A stretch of 64,000 bases of DNA from an uncultured Acidobacteriota bacterium (GTDB taxonomy: Bacteria; Acidobacteriota; Terriglobia; Terriglobales; Acidobacteriaceae): the NCBI GenBank assembly GCA_963807095.1, contig CAWEAF010000005.1, positions 13,681 to 77,680 on the forward strand. Direction: 5' to 3'. The notes beneath the pieces are model-generated. The model searched no databases and had not been told where the DNA came from. It worked only from the letters and a program-made list of their open reading frames with translations. The first letter of the stretch is position 1, and each line of letters begins with the position of its first letter. Made by a program: the position numbers and the translations under genes. Shown piece after piece: positions 32,535-41,636 of the stretch.

Positions 32535-35219
32535 ATGAAACGCCGCATCATGCGAACCATCGAGTGGATTGTTGTTTGCGCGGGAGCGCTTTTCCTGGGG
32601 ATGACCCCGCAACGTGCATTTGCGCAGGAATCCGATAATCCCGCCTACCTGAATCCCCAGCTCTCGCCCGAGCAGCGCGCCACCGATCTGGTTCGCCGTA
32701 TGACGCTCGCGGAGAAAGCTTCGCAGATGCAGAATAACTCGGCGGCCGTCCCGCGGCTGAAGGTTCCTGCATACCAATGGTGGAGCGAGGCCCTTCACGG
32801 GGTCATCAACGAGGGAGTTACTGAATATCCGGAGCCGATCGGGCTCGCGGCGACGTTCGATGCACCGGGAATTCACACCATGGCAGCGCAGATTGGCATT
32901 GAGGGCCGCATCAAGCACGTCCAAAACGCGCGCGAGGGGCACGTCGGCATTATGGGAGGCCTGGATTTCTGGTCGCCCAATCTGAACATTTTCCGCGATC
33001 CACGCTGGGGCCGCGGACAGGAGACCTACGGCGAAGACCCGTTCCTCACTGGCCGCATGGGCGTTGCCTACGTAACTGGATTGCAGGGCAATAACCCCAA
33101 GTACTACCTCGGCATTGCGACACCCAAGCACTACGCTGTGCACAGCGGACCAGAACCCACGCGCCACTTCGCCGATGTAGACGTAAGCAAGCACGACCAG
33201 GTGGACACGTACGAGCCGGCCTTCCGCGCCGCCGTGGTCGAAGGCAAAGCAGGGTCGGTGATGTGTGCCTACAATGCGATCAACGGCGAGCCGGCGTGCG
33301 CAAGCCAATACCTGTTGCAGGATCAGTTGCGCGGCAAGTGGGGTTTCCATGGGTACGTGGTCTCGGACTGTGACGCAGTCCGAGACGTTGCTGCCAATCA
33401 TCGCTATCGTTCCACGCAAGCGCAAGGCGCCGCCATCTCCGTAATTCGCGGCATGGACAACGAGTGCGTCACCTTCACTTCCCGCTTTGGCGAACCGGTC
33501 GAGAAAGCCTATATCGACGCCGTTCAGCAGGGATATCTGCCGGAAAGCGACCTCGACACCGCACTGATTCGCCTCTTCACCGCGCGCATCAGGCTTGGCA
33601 TGTTCGATCCTCCGGACATGGTCCCCTACACGAAGATCGATGAGAAGGAACTCGACAGTGCGGAACATCGCGCACACGCTCGCAAGCTGGCCAATGAGTC
33701 CATGGTCCTGCTGAAGAATGACGGCGTTCTCCCGCTCAAGTCTGGGATCCGGAAGATCGCCGTTGTTGGGCCTCTTGCCGATCAGACGAGGCCGCTGCTT
33801 GGAAACTATGCCGGCCAGCCTACTCATATCGTCTCCATCCTCGATGGGCTCCACGCTGAGTTCCCCAAGGCGACCATCACCTTCGTTCCCGGAACACAAT
33901 TCCTTCGCACCGATGGAAGCCCCGTGCCAGATGCTCTTCTGACCACTCCAGACGGCAAGCCCGGACTCAAAGCCGACTACACCGAAGGTATGCGACGGGG
34001 GCAGCCGGTCTCAGGCCCGCCGCCTGTCCAACTTGTCAGCCGCACGGAGGCGAACGTAAAGCTCACCGAGAGCGAACTCCCGAAAGAAGTCGCGGGAAAG
34101 AATACCTTTGGCGTGCAATGGTCCGGGTTCCTGACACCTTCGGAATCTGGCGACTTTCTCCTGGGCATTCGCTGCGCGGGATTCGGCAGGCTTACGGTCG
34201 ACGGTAAGCAAGTAGCAGCGGCGATCGGTGGTGGTACACGGGGACTCGTATCGGGCGCGGGCCGCGTTCACCTCGAAAAGGGCCGGAAGGTCGCGATTGA
34301 AATCTTCTATGGCACCAGGAACGCCAAGCCGCATTCCGAACTCTTCTGGTCCAGGTACAGCAGCGCTCCTTCGCCGGAAGCCGTCGCCGCAGCGAAGAGT
34401 GCGGACGTTGTTATCGCCGTCGTCGGAATCACCAGTCAGCTTGAAGGCGAGGAGATGCCGGTGAGCGAACCCGGCTTCCTTGGCGGAGATCGCACGAGTA
34501 TCGATCTCCCTCAGCCCGAGGAAGATCTGGTGGAGTCTGTCGTCGCGACCGGAAAACCCGTCGCCGTCGTTCTCATGAATGGTAGCGCTCTAGCCGTCAA
34601 CTGGATTAACGAACATGCCAATGCCGTTCTCGACGCATGGTACCCCGGAGAAGAGGGCGGCGCCGCAGTGGCAGAAACCCTGAGCGGGAAAAACAATCCT
34701 GCCGGACGGCTGCCCGTTACGTTCTACAAGGGAGTTGACCAGTTGCCCCATTTCGAAGATTACGGAATGGCAAACCGGACCTATCGCTATTTCACCGGAA
34801 AGCCGCTTTATCCTTTCGGCTACGGGCTCAGCTACACGAAATTCAGCTACAGCAATCTCACTGTGCCGGAACAAGGCATCGCTGCGGGGCAGCCGGTCGA
34901 GGCAGATGTGACGGTTACCAATGCCGGAAAGATCCCAGGGGACGAGGTAGTTCAGCTATACCTCAAATTCCCGCCTGTCAAAGGTGCGCCCCTCATCGCT
35001 CTTCGAGGATTCGAGCGAATTCATCTCGATCCGGGTGCAAGCCAGAAAGTTCATTTCGAGTTGAAGCAGCGCGATTTGGGCATGGTGAGCGAGGACGGCA
35101 ATCCCATCATTGCTCCAGGAGACTACACCATCAGCGTTGGTGGCGGTCAGCCTGACACCGGAGCGCCCGGTGTCGCAGGTCATTTCCACATCGACGGCCA
35201 ATACGCATTGCCGGAATAG
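32535..35219 (+). CDS. GH3 beta-glucosidase/beta-xylosidase with an inserted PA14 domain
   Basis: GGAGA RBS followed by ATG 32535 and a signal. Motifs: SEALHGV, FWSPNLNIFRDPRWGRGQETYGEDP, KHYAVHSGPE and GYVVSDCDAV (nucleophile region). A PA14-like segment (FGVQWSGFLTPSESGDFLLGIRCAGFGRLTVDG) is followed by an Fn3-like C-terminus. Confidence 0.9.
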   Translation: MKRRIMRTIEWIVVCAGALFLGMTPQRAFAQESDNPAYLNPQLSPEQRATDLVRRMTLAEKASQMQNNSAAVPRLKVPAYQWWSEALHGVINEGVTEYPEPIGLAATFDAPGIHTMAAQIGIEGRIKHVQNAREGHVGIMGGLDFWSPNLNIFRDPRWGRGQETYGEDPFLTGRMGVAYVTGLQGNNPKYYLGIATPKHYAVHSGPEPTRHFADVDVSKHDQVDTYEPAFRAAVVEGKAGSVMCAYNAINGEPACASQYLLQDQLRGKWGFHGYVVSDCDAVRDVAANHRYRSTQAQGAAISVIRGMDNECVTFTSRFGEPVEKAYIDAVQQGYLPESDLDTALIRLFTARIRLGMFDPPDMVPYTKIDEKELDSAEHRAHARKLANESMVLLKNDGVLPLKSGIRKIAVVGPLADQTRPLLGNYAGQPTHIVSILDGLHAEFPKATITFVPGTQFLRTDGSPVPDALLTTPDGKPGLKADYTEGMRRGQPVSGPPPVQLVSRTEANVKLTESELPKEVAGKNTFGVQWSGFLTPSESGDFLLGIRCAGFGRLTVDGKQVAAAIGGGTRGLVSGAGRVHLEKGRKVAIEIFYGTRNAKPHSELFWSRYSSAPSPEAVAAAKSADVVIAVVGITSQLEGEEMPVSEPGFLGGDRTSIDLPQPEEDLVESVVATGKPVAVVLMNGSALAVNWINEHANAVLDAWYPGEEGGAAVAETLSGKNNPAGRLPVTFYKGVDQLPHFEDYGMANRTYRYFTGKPLYPFGYGLSYTKFSYSNLTVPEQGIAAGQPVEADVTVTNAGKIPGDEVVQLYLKFPPVKGAPLIALRGFERIHLDPGASQKVHFELKQRDLGMVSEDGNPIIAPGDYTISVGGGQPDTGAPGVAGHFHIDGQYALPE

Positions 35220-35435
35220 GGTGAGGCCGGAACGAGGCTAGGCCATTGCCCTAGATCTGATTTCTGCATTCCGGGAAGCGAGTCGGCAAAAGAGCAGTCG
35301 CGTGACAGAAGATCGTGCGAATGGAAGATGTCCCACCGTCGTTTCACCTCGGTCCCGGTTTAGTGGAGGAGTTCGTGCCGGCCAGAGTAGTCAGTGAGAA
35401 ATTGTGTAAGCTCTTCGTCAGACGGAGCTTGATTC

Positions 35436-37427
35436 ATGGGTCCAAACCAAAGGCGCTTTAGCATCATCGCTGGTTTATTGCTTGTATGCGCATACTGTGT
35501 CTCTGCACAAACTGCTACTGAAGCTCCGATCAGGCCATTGCCGTTTGTCAGCCCGATTTTTGCGGACAACATGGTGCTGCAACGCGAAAAAGCAAACATC
35601 ATTTGGGGCTGGTCCGATCCCGGCGACAACGTGCGCGTCGAAGTCGCAGACAAATCTGAATCAGCGGTGGCGGGACGGGACGGGCACTGGGAGGTGAGAA
35701 TTCAGACCCTGCGTGCAGGCGGTCCTTACGTCATCAAGATCGGGGGTCGGCATCAAACGGTGGAACTGCACAACGTACTCGTGGGAGATGTCTGGTTATG
35801 CGGCGGACAATCGAACATGGGAGTACCACTCCGGTTCGCCCGGAATGGAGAGGACGAGGTGAAGGCCGCCAACTTCCCGGGGATTCGCTTCTTCTCCGTT
35901 GCGCCTCATCCAGCGTATCACCACACCGAGGTTGTTGAGGGCAGTTGGAGCGTAGTTTCGCCGCAGACGGCTGAACGAATCTCCGCGGTCGCATATTACT
36001 TTGCACGCAAGGTCCAGCAGGAGATTCACGTTCCGATTGGCCTGCTCATTGATGCGCTCGGTGGAACACCCGCAGAAGCATGGACGAGCACCGCGGCACT
36101 GCGTCCGCTGCACAATTTTGATGTGCCGCTAGCGGAGCTAAAAAGACTGGCTGAATCGGGTTCGCCCGAATATGGCAACTACATCATGCACTGGTATGAC
36201 GAATATGATGCAGGATTGAAGAATCACTGGGCGGCGCAGGATTTCGACGATTCGTCATGGAAGTTCGTCGACATTCCCGGAGGCTTCGCAGAATTGGGCG
36301 TGCCCGACACTCCTGCTGTGGCGTGGTTCCGAAAAGAGATCATTCTGCCCGACTCGCTTCCGCCGGGACGCTCACTTCTATTCCTGGGATCAATCGAGAG
36401 AATGGACACGGCGTATATCAATGGCGTCGAGGTGGGTGCCAGCGCATGGGTCGAGAACCCGCGTGTCTATTTCATTCGCGATGGTGTGCTGAAGACAGGG
36501 AAAAACATAATTGCGATTCGGGTATTGAAAACGAAGCCTGACGGTGGATTTCTCGGCAAGCCGGAAGATCTGCGTCTGCAACTTGGGGACAAGACAAGCA
36601 TTCCATTGGCTGGCAAATGGAAAGGGCAACGCAGCGTGGACGCACGTCCGCCGCATCCGTTGCCAATTGGCTACGAGAACTGGCCGGTGATGCCCTCGGT
36701 GCTTTACGAAGGCATGTTGGCACCTGTTGCCCCACTGGCGATCACAGGCGCGATCTGGTATCAGGGCGAGCAGAACTCAGAACGGGGATTCCAGTACCGA
36801 AAGATTCTTCCCGTGATGATTGCGGACTGGAGAAATCTGTTCGCACAAGGTGATTTTCCTTTCTACATCGTCAGCTTGCCGGCATTCAAAGCACGAAGTG
36901 CAACTCCGGTCGAGGGGGACCCGTGGGCGGAAACGCGAGAGTCGCAGGCAATCGCAGCGGAAACGGTTCCAAACTCGTGCCTGGCGGTCACGATCGATAC
37001 AGGTGATGCGGACAACATCCATCCCAGGGACAAGCAGCCCGTAGGTGAGCGCCTCGCACTTTGCGCTTTGGCAAAGCACTATCACAAGCACGTAACCTAC
37101 TCGGGACCAACGCTTGCCTCGGTCGAGCGCCGTTCGGGAGAGATTCGGCTGCATTTCAAACATACCGACGGTGGCCTGGTGATGAGAGGTGCGAAGCCGG
37201 AAGAGTTTGCCGTTGCTGGAGAAGACCGAAAATGGTACTGGGCAGACTCGCGCATCAAGGGCAACACTGTGGTTGTCACATCGGCCTCGGTACCGAAGCC
37301 CAAAGCAGTTCGCTACGCATGGCAATCCAATCCGGCGGCAACGCTTTTCAATGGCGCTGGATTGCCTGCACCGCCGTTCAGGACAGACAACTGGCCCGGC
37401 GTCACCGAGGCCCACAGACCTTATTAG
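35436..37427 (+). CDS. SASA-family (sialate O-acetylesterase-like) carbohydrate acetylesterase
   Basis: It has a signal, then GDVWLCGGQSNM (catalytic Ser block of the SASA/DUF303 family), GGTPAEAW and AIWYQGEQN. Intact at 663 aa. Confidence 0.85.
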   Translation: MGPNQRRFSIIAGLLLVCAYCVSAQTATEAPIRPLPFVSPIFADNMVLQREKANIIWGWSDPGDNVRVEVADKSESAVAGRDGHWEVRIQTLRAGGPYVIKIGGRHQTVELHNVLVGDVWLCGGQSNMGVPLRFARNGEDEVKAANFPGIRFFSVAPHPAYHHTEVVEGSWSVVSPQTAERISAVAYYFARKVQQEIHVPIGLLIDALGGTPAEAWTSTAALRPLHNFDVPLAELKRLAESGSPEYGNYIMHWYDEYDAGLKNHWAAQDFDDSSWKFVDIPGGFAELGVPDTPAVAWFRKEIILPDSLPPGRSLLFLGSIERMDTAYINGVEVGASAWVENPRVYFIRDGVLKTGKNIIAIRVLKTKPDGGFLGKPEDLRLQLGDKTSIPLAGKWKGQRSVDARPPHPLPIGYENWPVMPSVLYEGMLAPVAPLAITGAIWYQGEQNSERGFQYRKILPVMIADWRNLFAQGDFPFYIVSLPAFKARSATPVEGDPWAETRESQAIAAETVPNSCLAVTIDTGDADNIHPRDKQPVGERLALCALAKHYHKHVTYSGPTLASVERRSGEIRLHFKHTDGGLVMRGAKPEEFAVAGEDRKWYWADSRIKGNTVVVTSASVPKPKAVRYAWQSNPAATLFNGAGLPAPPFRTDNWPGVTEAHRPY

Positions 37428-39649
37428 TGGGACGCCTCCGGTCGGGTAGACAGTTTCTTGAACAGTGCCGGATCGTACTCTTCCAGGCCGGTGATTCCGT
37501 AGAGGTGGTTTGCAGAGATCCAAGGGAGCCAGAAGCGGTGCCCTCCGACGCCGCGACCTGGGCCGCCGGGACCGAAGCGCCAGCCCTCCTGCTGCCAGCC
37601 GATGCCTTTCATGTCGTACTGACGTCCGGGAAGCGCGACCATCGATTTGGTGTCGTGCAGTAGAATGCGCGCGACCTCAAGGTAGTGCTCGTCATGAGTG
37701 TAGTTGTATAACTTCGCGTACGAGGGCACAGCCCAATCCAGGTACTCATCTGCGCTGCCTGCGTGCAAGGCGGTTATACCCTGCGCGCCGATTGTAGGCA
37801 CATCCTTCTTCCAGTAGAGCTCCGAGTCCTCCGCATCGACCGGCATCGGCAAGTTCCAAATCCAGATCCAGCTTTCGGCGAAATCGGCAGCGGTCTTGGC
37901 GCGGTCCAGCCACTTTGCGTCCCTAGTTGAATCGTAGAGACTCAGAAATGCTTCCATGCTGAGCATTCCCGCTTCCTTGTCAGTGATATTCGGATTGTCG
38001 CTGGCGCCTCCAACGAAGAGGCCGCGCGATCCATAGTTCGACCAGATATAGTCGGCGGCACGGATCGCCCCCTCCTTGTATTTTGCATCGCCTGTCTCCT
38101 CAGCCATGATGACCAGCAGGGGTACGGGTGCGTAGCTCGATGTGCCCGTTGGTTCGGCGACTTCACTGCTTCCGGGCTTCCAGCGCCGCGGGAAAGAGCC
38201 GTCCTCTCGCTGCTGCAAGATGAGCCAGTCAACGTATGACCTTACCCAGGTGAACCATTCGGGATGTTCTCTTCCAAGCGCACGCTCTCGGCGATAGGCC
38301 CGCATCAGCACGCGCATGTCTTCGGTTGCGTTCCGCAGCCAGGGAGCAAGCCATATGTGATCCCATGGCTTGCCGGTTGCGAGGTCGTAGCCGGTTGCCT
38401 GTAACGGAACAGTCGGAAGCGCCCGGATCATCGACGAAATAATGGCCAAGCCGGTTTCACGCATCTTCTTGCCACGCTCGGTGTGGTCCCGATCCCCTTC
38501 GCGCAGCAACTGGTCCGCGCATTCGATCTCCTTGCCAACAAATCCCATTGCCGCCATGGTCCAATTCCACTGGAGCTTGTCGGTGACGGTTGAAAGCACG
38601 AACGGAATTGCTGTGCGGCCATCGATGGTGGCAGCTTGAGCAGCAAGGTGATCGATCAGAACACCGCGCATCTGCTCGACGTCGATGTAGCTTACAGCAG
38701 GGTTCAGGGTGTCCCACGCCCATCTCCAGGTATTGCGGGTCACGTCGCGGAAGGATTCGTTTTGGCCAAAGCGAAACCTGAGTTCGTAGCTGTGAGTTAC
38801 GCCCTGCGTAATTGGATGATAGCGACGGACCGTTATCGGCTTCGCGTCCGGAGGGCCTCCCATGTACGTACTACTCACTGATCCCGGAAACCAAAAGCCG
38901 AACTGGATCGGACCTTCGGCATCCTGCCACGCTCCGAGCGCGCCAAATTGAAAGCGCGCGTCGCTCATTACCTCTTTCGTGAGCTTTGTCTCTTCAAAGG
39001 TTGAATCACCACGCGGCGAGGGATCCAGCACAGCAACAGAAGCGCCATTTTGAAATGAGACCGCGAACAATGGAGCCGGGAGAAGGTCCTCACGAAACTG
39101 GTAACGGCGCGCCGCGTTATTTAGCGTGCCACCGGGTGAGCGCTCGCCGTTGTATGTAGGGTCGCCATACAAAGCCCCCGGCGCCATATAGTTCACACTG
39201 GCCCAGGGAACTGAGGCATCTACCATCAACATAACGGCTGAGTCGAAACCACCGGGCGCGTGGCCAACTACCTCGACCTTTCTGCGCACGGAAAGGACCG
39301 CACCGCTTAGGCTCCAGTGGTCCTGAACTCGGAAAGTAGCGGTATCGCCGTATGAGATTTCGGCGAGAGCATCAATCCCGCCTGCCGACTTTCGCACTGT
39401 CTTGTACGCGGCTGCAAGCTGGCGAACGTCACGCTCTTTGGTAAGCACTTCGAGTGTTGCAGCTTTGGGTTGCGAAATTCGGGGCGCGGGACCACCGGCT
39501 ATTTCGAGCCCCCATCCGCCTGAACTCGAACGGGTGAAGAAAACGGTTGCGCCAGATTCCAGGCGCCCTAGGAGAAGCCGACCGCGTGTTTGCGCCGAAA
39601 GACCCGCAACCATACCCAGCATGAGTAGTAGATGACGACGGAATCTCAT
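37424..39649 (-). CDS. Secreted 741-aa protein of unknown function; the C-terminal half looks like an (alpha/alpha)6-barrel glycosidase/lyase fold
   Basis: The signal is MRFRRHLLLMLGMVAGLSAQ. The helical-repeat region (WLILQQREDGSFPRRW.., AIRAADYIWSNY.., LSMEAFLSLYDSTRDAKWLDRAKTAADFAESW) resembles six-hairpin enzymes. I recognise no family-specific catalytic motif. Confidence 0.55.
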   Translation of the reverse strand: MRFRRHLLLMLGMVAGLSAQTRGRLLLGRLESGATVFFTRSSSGGWGLEIAGGPAPRISQPKAATLEVLTKERDVRQLAAAYKTVRKSAGGIDALAEISYGDTATFRVQDHWSLSGAVLSVRRKVEVVGHAPGGFDSAVMLMVDASVPWASVNYMAPGALYGDPTYNGERSPGGTLNNAARRYQFREDLLPAPLFAVSFQNGASVAVLDPSPRGDSTFEETKLTKEVMSDARFQFGALGAWQDAEGPIQFGFWFPGSVSSTYMGGPPDAKPITVRRYHPITQGVTHSYELRFRFGQNESFRDVTRNTWRWAWDTLNPAVSYIDVEQMRGVLIDHLAAQAATIDGRTAIPFVLSTVTDKLQWNWTMAAMGFVGKEIECADQLLREGDRDHTERGKKMRETGLAIISSMIRALPTVPLQATGYDLATGKPWDHIWLAPWLRNATEDMRVLMRAYRRERALGREHPEWFTWVRSYVDWLILQQREDGSFPRRWKPGSSEVAEPTGTSSYAPVPLLVIMAEETGDAKYKEGAIRAADYIWSNYGSRGLFVGGASDNPNITDKEAGMLSMEAFLSLYDSTRDAKWLDRAKTAADFAESWIWIWNLPMPVDAEDSELYWKKDVPTIGAQGITALHAGSADEYLDWAVPSYAKLYNYTHDEHYLEVARILLHDTKSMVALPGRQYDMKGIGWQQEGWRFGPGGPGRGVGGHRFWLPWISANHLYGITGLEEYDPALFKKLSTRPEASH

Positions 39650-39787
39650 TTTTGCCTCTTCGGCGGCGAATTATGGATGTTGCGTAAATTCCCCGGCCTC
39701 TTTAGATTATGACGATCAAAAGTACTGCAAAGCGTTTAATAAGTGAAGTTCATCTGGACTGCTCCGTTCCAAGGAGGTGAAGTTTCA

Positions 39788-41483
39788 ATGGCAAAATCTT
39801 CAAACCGCACTGTTCTGACACGCCGCGAGGCACTCATTCTTTCCGCCACCGCAGGCATGAGCATTGCGGCCGGCAAGCACGCTCTCGCTTCCGACAGCAT
39901 CAAAACGGCGGCCCACCAGGGACCCGGCAACTGTTCGACCCCGCGCTCCGCGGTCGCCAACACGCAATACGGCAAAGTGCGCGGATTTGTCGACGGCGGT
40001 GTTTTCACCTTCAAGGGTGTTCCCTACGGCCAGACCACGGCCGGCGAGAACCGCTGGCTGCCCGCTAAGCCACCCGTGCCGTGGACGGACGAATATCCGG
40101 CGCTGGTCTATGGGGCGAACTGCCCGCAAAACCTGCACACCTGGACGAGCCCTGAGCAGACCTTCATCCAGGATTGGGACGACGGCTGGCAAAGCGAGGA
40201 CATGCTCAAGCTGAACATCTGGACGCCGAGCCTGACCGGCAAGCGTCCGGTGATGTTCTACATGCACGGCGGAGGATTCAGCTTCGGTTCTTCGTACGAA
40301 CTGCCCTCGCATGAGGGCGCGCAGATGGCGCGGCACCACGATGTCGTGCAGGTCTCGGTCAATCACCGCCTCAATATTCTTGGTTTCTTCGATGTCTCGG
40401 AGATCGGCGGCTCTGCCTACGAAGATTCCGTCAACGTCGGCATGACGGACCTGGTGGCGGCGCTTACGCTGGGTTCACGAGAACATCGAGAACTTCGGCG
40501 GCGATCCCGACCGGGTGATGATTTACGGCCAGTCTGGCGGCGGATCGAAGGTGACAACGCTGATGGGCATGCCCTCGGCTGCAGGCCTCTTCCATCGCGC
40601 CTCGGCGCAATCGGGCGGCGGCGGCAACATTCCCACGAGGGAGCAGCAAAAGGAAGTTGCCCGACTGCTGATGAAGGACCTCGGTCTCGCGCCGAACGAC
40701 ATCGCATCGCTGCAGAAGATGGAGTGGGCCAAGCTTTTCGCCGCCGGCAACGCAGCCGTTGCCAAGATCAATCCTCCCGGGCCGCCTTTGATGGGACCGG
40801 GAGCTCCGGGCAAGCCGCGCGTGGGCTGGTCACCGTGCGTGGATGGCAAGGTGATCAACATGCGCTCCTTCTTCGATGCCGCTCCGGAGATCTCCAAGAA
40901 TGTGCCCATGCTGATCGGCTCGGTGAGCGAAGAAGGCAACCGCATGTCCTCCCGCCCTACGGAAGAGGAGTGGCATGCAAACCTGGCCAAAACCTATGGC
41001 GACGAAAAGGCGACTGCCATCATCGCCGCGCTGAAGAAGGCATACCCGCAAAAGAAGATCCAGACTCTGTCCTACATGTGCAGCGGCAACCCCGGATTGA
41101 ACGGGCTCTCCATGCGCAACAACGTCGTGAAAATGGCCAGATTGAAGCACGAACTCAAGGCCGCCCCGGCCTACACTTACTACTTCACCTGGCAAACTCC
41201 CATCCTCGACGGCCTGCCGGGCGCGTGGCATACCGCCGAACTCCAGTTCTGCTTCGACAACACCAAGCGCTGCGAACAAGGGACGGGCAACACGCCCGAG
41301 GCGCAGGCGCTCGCGAGGAAGATGGCTTCGTCCTGGGCGGCGTTTGCCGCAACCGGCAACCCGAGTCTGCCGGGTCTCAAGTGGGAGCCACCGATCCGGA
41401 AACGCAACAAGACGATGGTCTGGGATAACGAATGCCGTATGGTTGATGATCCCGATGGTGAGGCTCGCAAGATCATTACATGA
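39788..41483 (+). pseudogene. Type-B carboxylesterase (para-nitrobenzyl esterase-like) with a Tat-type signal; single frameshift near 40466
   Basis: AAGGAGG RBS followed by ATG 39788. The signal is SNRTVLTRREALILSATAGMSIAAG (twin-Arg-like). Then come GKVRGF..FKGVPYG and VMFYMHGGGFSFGS. After the shift it reads WVHENIENFGGDPDRVMIYGQSGGGSKV (nucleophile elbow GQSGG). Confidence 0.8.
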
Positions 41484-41636
41484 GGCAATCGGCTCGGGCG
41501 TGGTCACCTTTCCGGTCGACCACTTCCGCAGATCGATGAGAACTGGCTATTGCTCGTATTCACATTAATAGGCGCCTTCGCAATTTCCGGTTTGCTCGTC
41601 ATACACGAAGTATGTAGCCACGGTCATCAGGTCTGC

